Assembly: GCA_963665095.1 (NCBI GenBank)
Contig: OY762069.1
Coordinates: 6,528,001 to 6,592,000 of the forward strand
Direction: 5' to 3'
Length of the DNA stretch: 64,000 nucleotides
Source: an uncultured Desulfobacter sp.
GTDB taxonomy: Bacteria; Desulfobacterota; Desulfobacteria; Desulfobacterales; Desulfobacteraceae
Shown: piece by piece, positions 59,188 through 64,000 of the stretch
Position numbering within the stretch: position 1 is the first letter of the stretch
Layout: each line of letters begins with the position of its first letter
Made by a program: the position numbers and the translations under genes
Notes under the pieces: model-generated
Told to the model about the DNA's origin: nothing
Seen by the model: only the letters and a program-made list of their open reading frames with translations
The model's database searches: none

Positions 59188-60377
59188 TGCGCTATTTTTC
59201 TGGACAACCCGTTTCAGGGCATCTGATCAGTGTGTATACGTCTCCCCTGCTGATTTGTATTACTTTGCTGTTTCTGTTCATATCTTTTTTGAGCGCCCAG
59301 ATCGAACTGACGCTCCTGCTGTCGTTTATACTGGGAATTGTTTTTCTGGCAAAGTTGTGGAGCCTTCTGGTATTCCGGCATCTGAAACTGTCAGTGAAGC
59401 TGGGGCAGAACCGTATTTTTCAGGGAGAAGAACTGACGGTTGAGATAACAGCCGGCAATCATAAAGTGCTGCCGGTCTGGCTGCAAATCAGCACTTTTAC
59501 AGGTAAGTCCCGTTTTGTTTCAGATGCCCCGGCAGTGGAGAGCGCCTTTCTGTTATGGTATCAGACCGTGAGTTTCGTCTGGACCCTGACGTCACTTACG
59601 CGGGGATGTCACCAGATGGGTTTTCGCCAGATCACTGTTTCCGACCTTTTAGGCTATTATCCGCACCGGCTGGATGAACGCCGCACAGAGGAGGTGATTG
59701 TTTGCCCGAGAATCAGTCCGGTCAGGCCCTTTACCCCACCAAAGCAGATTTTTTTCGGCACCCCCGGGTCCAGAAGCCCGGTCCATGATCCGGTTTACAT
59801 CTTAGGAACAAGAACATATCAAAACGCCATCCCCGTAAAATTCATTCACTGGAACGCCAGTGCCAGATTGAATCAACTCCAGGATAAGGTGTGCGAACCC
59901 TCTGTGCATGAAAAAATAATGCTTTTAATTGATGTGGACCAGTATCATCATTTGGGTACGGAAACCGCATTTGAAGAGATGATAGCGGCTGCTGCCTCCC
60001 TGGCCGTTTTTTTGCCGGCAGGGGAAACAGTCTGGGTCTGGTGACCAATGCCAGGATAGATGGGCAGAAATCCCCCTATGTTCCAATCAGCCGGAGCGTT
60101 GAAACATTGCCCGCATTGCTGGAGACACTTGCCCGTATCACCATGACACCACAACAAAATTTTACACAGACCTGCCGGCAATATAGTCACTGCCCTGCAG
60201 GGCGCCAACTGCATGGTGTGTGCCTGGTCCATCGATGAAAACAAACCATATATCAGGGAGCTTGCAGCCAGTAAAAATAAACATGTCCAATATTTTGTAT
60301 CAGAAATGGACGAAGACGGGACATTGGACCCCCGGCTGTTTGACGCGGTTGAATTGATTGAGGCGGTCTGTGTATGA
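59184..60377 (+). pseudogene. DUF58 protein, frameshifted
   Basis: SDLLG, GTRTYQ...IHWNASAR, FEEMIAAAASLA. Frameshift in the T7 run at 60007-60013 restores GLVTN; a second shift lies near 60200. Confidence 0.8.
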
Positions 60378-61134
60378 ATCAGAAACTGTTTCCGCAGGCA
60401 CCGGATACGTTTTATCCCGGTAACCTTTTACCAGGAGCATGTCTGTTAATGGAACTTTCCTGGCTGTGCGCGCTGGCCAGTTTTTTAAGTGTGGCCACCA
60501 CAAACATCACATATCCGTTCATAATTTCTTTATGTGCGTATTTTATGGGGCTTTTTTCAGCACCGCTGTCACACTGATTTTTATTTCTGCAGGCGTTGTC
60601 CTGGGGGCTACCCGCTGATGACAGCGGCTGCTGAATCTGGATACACGGCATTGAGGCCGGCGGCCGCACCTTTTGGCCCCTATTTCATTGCTTTTTTGAG
60701 ATTTATTTTTGGTGCCAAGGCCCCTGCGGCGCCGCCGGCTCCGGCAGCCCAAAACAATGATCTGGCAATGGCAGCCGCCATTGCGTCTCCAAAAGGGGGC
60801 CTGGAATTTTTTTTGGAAACTGTTGCAACGCTGGCACCCGGGCATCCCCACTGCCCGGGAAGGTTTTGCCAACCTGTCCCGGTGGGGCCGAAAAAGCGGA
60901 TTGCCGCGTCAAAGGTCTGAAACTGCCAGTGAATACCAAAAACGACTTGCATCCCGGTTTTATCCCCTGAAAAATGAGATCTCTTGTGTTGTTAACGCCT
61001 TTAATGATGAAATATACGGCGAACAGCCACTCACCCGGGAGACGCTGCAACGCGTTAAAAAATCTTTAAAAAAGATGCGCCACCCGGGTTTCTGGCCATT
61101 ACGGGTGAAATCAATTTTCATGGGAGGCAACTGA
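60374..61134 (+). pseudogene. DUF4129-containing membrane protein, fragmented
   Basis: TM fragments in different frames, ending with WGRKSGLPRQRSETASEY..RL...YG (DUF4129 pattern). Confidence 0.7.
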
Positions 61135-61142
61135 CGCCTCTC

Positions 61143-62390
61143 TTACCTTGCCAAATGTCCCCAGTGCAGGGTGTGGCCAACAATCTGCTGCCTGATTCCT
61201 GTCACATCCATCCTCCCCTGGATAATATGGCGATACAGGCCGGCATTGGAGATGTCTCCCACCAGGACCATTCCCATGAGCCGGGAACCATCCGGGCTGA
61301 ACACCAGTTTCCTGTAGGCAGCCTTTTCTTCTTTACTATACACTTCGCACGCCAGATCCCCAGTGTGAACCGTACCCATGGAGACAAAGGGCAGATCTGC
61401 CACCTGGGTGGCGTTTAAGATTCCGAAGGTGCCGGTGTAGGCGGTTTTTATGCCTGCCATATTCAGTCCGGCGCACCGGCCCATTTCAACGGCATTGGTC
61501 CAAAGGGCTGTCATGACCGGATTCCCTGTAACAGGGTCATGGGTGACAGCCACATCTCCGGCTGCATAGGCATGGGCACAACTGCAGGCCGTATACCGAT
61601 CCGCCAGAATGCCCTTATCCAGCTGAATGCCGCTGTTTTCAAGGAATTCAATATTGGGCCGGACCCCTTTGCCCAGACAGACCATCTCGCAGGCGATCTG
61701 TGTGCCATCGTCCAGGCATACGCCGGTGACGCCATCTGCGTTTGAAAGAATGGCTTTTGCCGCCGCACCGGTCTTAATCTTCAGTCCGGCATGATCCAGG
61801 GCTGTTCGGATAAGGCGTGCATCTTCCGGGTCCATGAGCTGGGACAGCACTTCAGGAGAATAGACAACCAGAGTGACCCTGATGCCGCGTTCCAGCAGGG
61901 CAAATGCCGCCTTCAGGTTGAGCAGTCCACCGCCGAGCAGCACGGCATGCCGGGTTTTTTCCGCCCGTTCTGCCATATCCCGTGCATCCTTAAGGGTTCT
62001 CAGGGCAAACACCCCGTCAGTCCCCGTGCCTTCTATTTCAGGTGGAATATAGGGACGGCTTCCCGTGGCAAACAGGATGGTATTGTATCCAAGGGCTGTT
62101 TTGTCCTTCAGGGTTACCGCTCTTTGATCCGGGTCAACCGACGTCACCCGGCAGCCTGTTCTGACTTCAATATCCGGCCTGGTATAGGGCCCGAAGCCTG
62201 ACATGCCCATGTCTGCCGGACTCTTTTTCCCTGATACCAGGTAGGGAATCAAGGGCCTGAAATAGGGCGGGTCCGGTTCTTCCGTGACCAGGGTGACCCT
62301 GCCATCCGGGTCATGGGCCCGGATGGTATGGGCCGCAGCCATTCCTGCCGCACTGGCCCCGATAATTAAATATTTGGTCTTTTCGTCCAC
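61143..62390 (-). CDS. FAD/NAD(P)-dependent oxidoreductase associated with CODH
   Basis: IIGASAAG, ATGS, LGGGL, GVRPN, YAAGDVA; GTG start inferred. Confidence 0.9.
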   Translation of the reverse strand: MDEKTKYLIIGASAAGMAAAHTIRAHDPDGRVTLVTEEPDPPYFRPLIPYLVSGKKSPADMGMSGFGPYTRPDIEVRTGCRVTSVDPDQRAVTLKDKTALGYNTILFATGSRPYIPPEIEGTGTDGVFALRTLKDARDMAERAEKTRHAVLLGGGLLNLKAAFALLERGIRVTLVVYSPEVLSQLMDPEDARLIRTALDHAGLKIKTGAAAKAILSNADGVTGVCLDDGTQIACEMVCLGKGVRPNIEFLENSGIQLDKGILADRYTACSCAHAYAAGDVAVTHDPVTGNPVMTALWTNAVEMGRCAGLNMAGIKTAYTGTFGILNATQVADLPFVSMGTVHTGDLACEVYSKEEKAAYRKLVFSPDGSRLMGMVLVGDISNAGLYRHIIQGRMDVTGIRQQIVGHTLHWGHLAR

Positions 62391-62391
62391 A

Positions 62392-62898
62392 TTACTCCCC
62401 TTCCGCCTTGAGGATCTCTTTGCAGGCCTGCTGACGGACAGATCTGGAATAGTCCGGTACTGTGTCAAACACCAGCGCCCCGGTGGGGCAGGCAGATACG
62501 CAGGCAGGGACATCCCGGTCCGGGCACCGGTCACACCGGTAGGCCTTTGCCGCCCCCACATGGCGGCCGATCACCCCGTAGGGACAGACCATAACGCAGG
62601 TCCAGCATCCAATGCACTTGTCCGGATCCGTGACCACCACCCCATCCTGATTCCGGGTGATGGCCCCGCTGATACAGGCATACATGCAGGGGGCATCCTC
62701 GCACTGGCGACAGACAATGGGAATTTTTTTATCCGGGGCAACCCACTCCACATATACCCTGGATTTCGGGCTTATGGATTCAGATACCGCCCCGAAAAGG
62801 GTTTTGCTCTCGGAGTGCTCAACCGCACAGGCTGTCTGGCAGGAGAGGCACCCCACACACCGGTCCACTTTGACGAATATTTCTTTTGGCTGGTTCAT
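62392..62898 (-). CDS. cooF: 4Fe-4S ferredoxin-like CODH electron transfer subunit
   Basis: CVGCLSCQTAC, CRQCEDAPC, CIGCWTCVMVCP, CDRC...ACVSACP; directly after cooS. Confidence 0.88.
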   Translation of the reverse strand: MNQPKEIFVKVDRCVGCLSCQTACAVEHSESKTLFGAVSESISPKSRVYVEWVAPDKKIPIVCRQCEDAPCMYACISGAITRNQDGVVVTDPDKCIGCWTCVMVCPYGVIGRHVGAAKAYRCDRCPDRDVPACVSACPTGALVFDTVPDYSRSVRQQACKEILKAEGE

Positions 62899-62908
62899 GG
62901 CTCTTCCT

Positions 62909-64000
62909 TTAAATTCCAAGGTTTTTACGTTTGGCATCCATGTGGTCAATCATAAGTTTTGCCCCTTTAACCGGATCGGTTTCCACGGCAAAGGTCGCGC
63001 CCACCACATCATTGGCTGCCTGGGTTAAAACGTTGGTAACCAGGGGGCTGCCCAAAACCTGGGGAACCGTGCCAAGCACCGTAAAAATGCCGGATGCCAC
63101 CACATATGAACCAATACTGACCGCCTTTTCACTCATCCACTCCGGGGCCGCGCCTGCCACGGGCAGATCACTGATATCCACGCCAAGGGCATTGGCAACC
63201 GCCGCACACACCGTCAGAATCCGGCTGATATCCACACAGGACCCCATGTGCAGGACCGGTGGAATACCCAAAGATTGACAGACCGCCTTAAGACCGTCGC
63301 CGGCCTGGGCAGCCGCTTCAGGCAGCATCAGCCCTGCCTTGGCACAGGCAATGGCGTTGCAGCCCGTGGTGGCAATAAGCACATTGTTTTTAATCAGCTC
63401 CTTAACCAGTTCCAGGTGTCCTTCATCATGCCTGATTTTGGGATTATTGCATCCCACCACCCCGGCAATACCCTTGACCGCCCCTGATTTAATGGCGTCC
63501 AGCAGCGGGTCCAGGGTGCCGCCCAACGCCTTGACAATGGCTTCAGTGCTGAAACCCACCATGCATTCGGTCAGGTCATCCGGGATAAACACCTTGTCGG
63601 GGTTCCGGTGTGAATAGTTTTCCACGGCCACGCCCACGATTTCTTTGGCAATGTCCATGGCCTGTTTTTCGTTGAACTCCATATGCTCTGCGCCTGGAAA
63701 TTTGGCCTTGGGAGAGGTGGAGATAAACCGGGTGTGGAAACATTCGCAAAGATCGCCCAGCGCCGGCATGATACACTGGACGTCAACGATCATGGCCTCT
63801 ACGGCACCGGTGATCACAGCCAGTTCCTGCTGGAGGAAATTGCCGGCAATGGGGATGCCGTGGCGCATGATGATCTCATTGCCCGTACAGCACATCCCGA
63901 CCACGTTGATCCCTTTGGCCCCGGCTGCCTTTGCCCGGGCCACAAGCTCCGGGTCCTGGGCGGCCGCAACGATCATTTCGGACAGGACCGGTTCATGCCC
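62909..64000 (-). CDS. cooS: Anaerobic Ni-CO dehydrogenase catalytic subunit (5' end outside window)
   Basis: GHEP, GMCCTGNE, DVQC, VVGCNN, TGC, HMGSCVD, EWMSEKA. Confidence 0.96.
   Translation of the reverse strand, partial: GHEPVLSEMIVAAAQDPELVARAKAAGAKGINVVGMCCTGNEIIMRHGIPIAGNFLQQELAVITGAVEAMIVDVQCIMPALGDLCECFHTRFISTSPKAKFPGAEHMEFNEKQAMDIAKEIVGVAVENYSHRNPDKVFIPDDLTECMVGFSTEAIVKALGGTLDPLLDAIKSGAVKGIAGVVGCNNPKIRHDEGHLELVKELIKNNVLIATTGCNAIACAKAGLMLPEAAAQAGDGLKAVCQSLGIPPVLHMGSCVDISRILTVCAAVANALGVDISDLPVAGAAPEWMSEKAVSIGSYVVASGIFTVLGTVPQVLGSPLVTNVLTQAANDVVGATFAVETDPVKGAKLMIDHMDAKRKNLGI

Overview
Chromosomal window from a sulfate-reducing Desulfobacterales-type bacterium (Desulfobacter-like; inferred from gene content only). 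Housekeeping loci dominate: glpA plus the start of glpB; a dcw cell-division cluster with a MurE-MurF fusion, no ddl, and a radical SAM gene after ftsZ; a GldAFG-like ABC operon; galE; an LPS core/lipid A/Lpt cluster; hemW, selB, tRNA-His; and a cooS-cooF-flavoprotein cluster. A small accessory island at about 29.7-32.6 kb holds a GNAT fragment, a YjjJ/HipA-family toxin, group II intron RT scraps and what looks like a complete solitary integron gene cassette. That cassette is yefM-yoeB with its own promoter/operator, a 129-bp attC and a complementary core sequence at the cassette start, with no integrase in the window. Other notable items: a HesB/IscA-like selenoprotein split at UGA by the ORF caller; MraZ-like GTGG boxes with 11-bp period in both orientations; a tandem ribbon-helix-helix protein; a long palindromic MITE-like element; and a decayed MoxR-DUF58-DUF4129 operon next to tRNA-His. 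All calls come from motif recognition by eye; no database searches were run.
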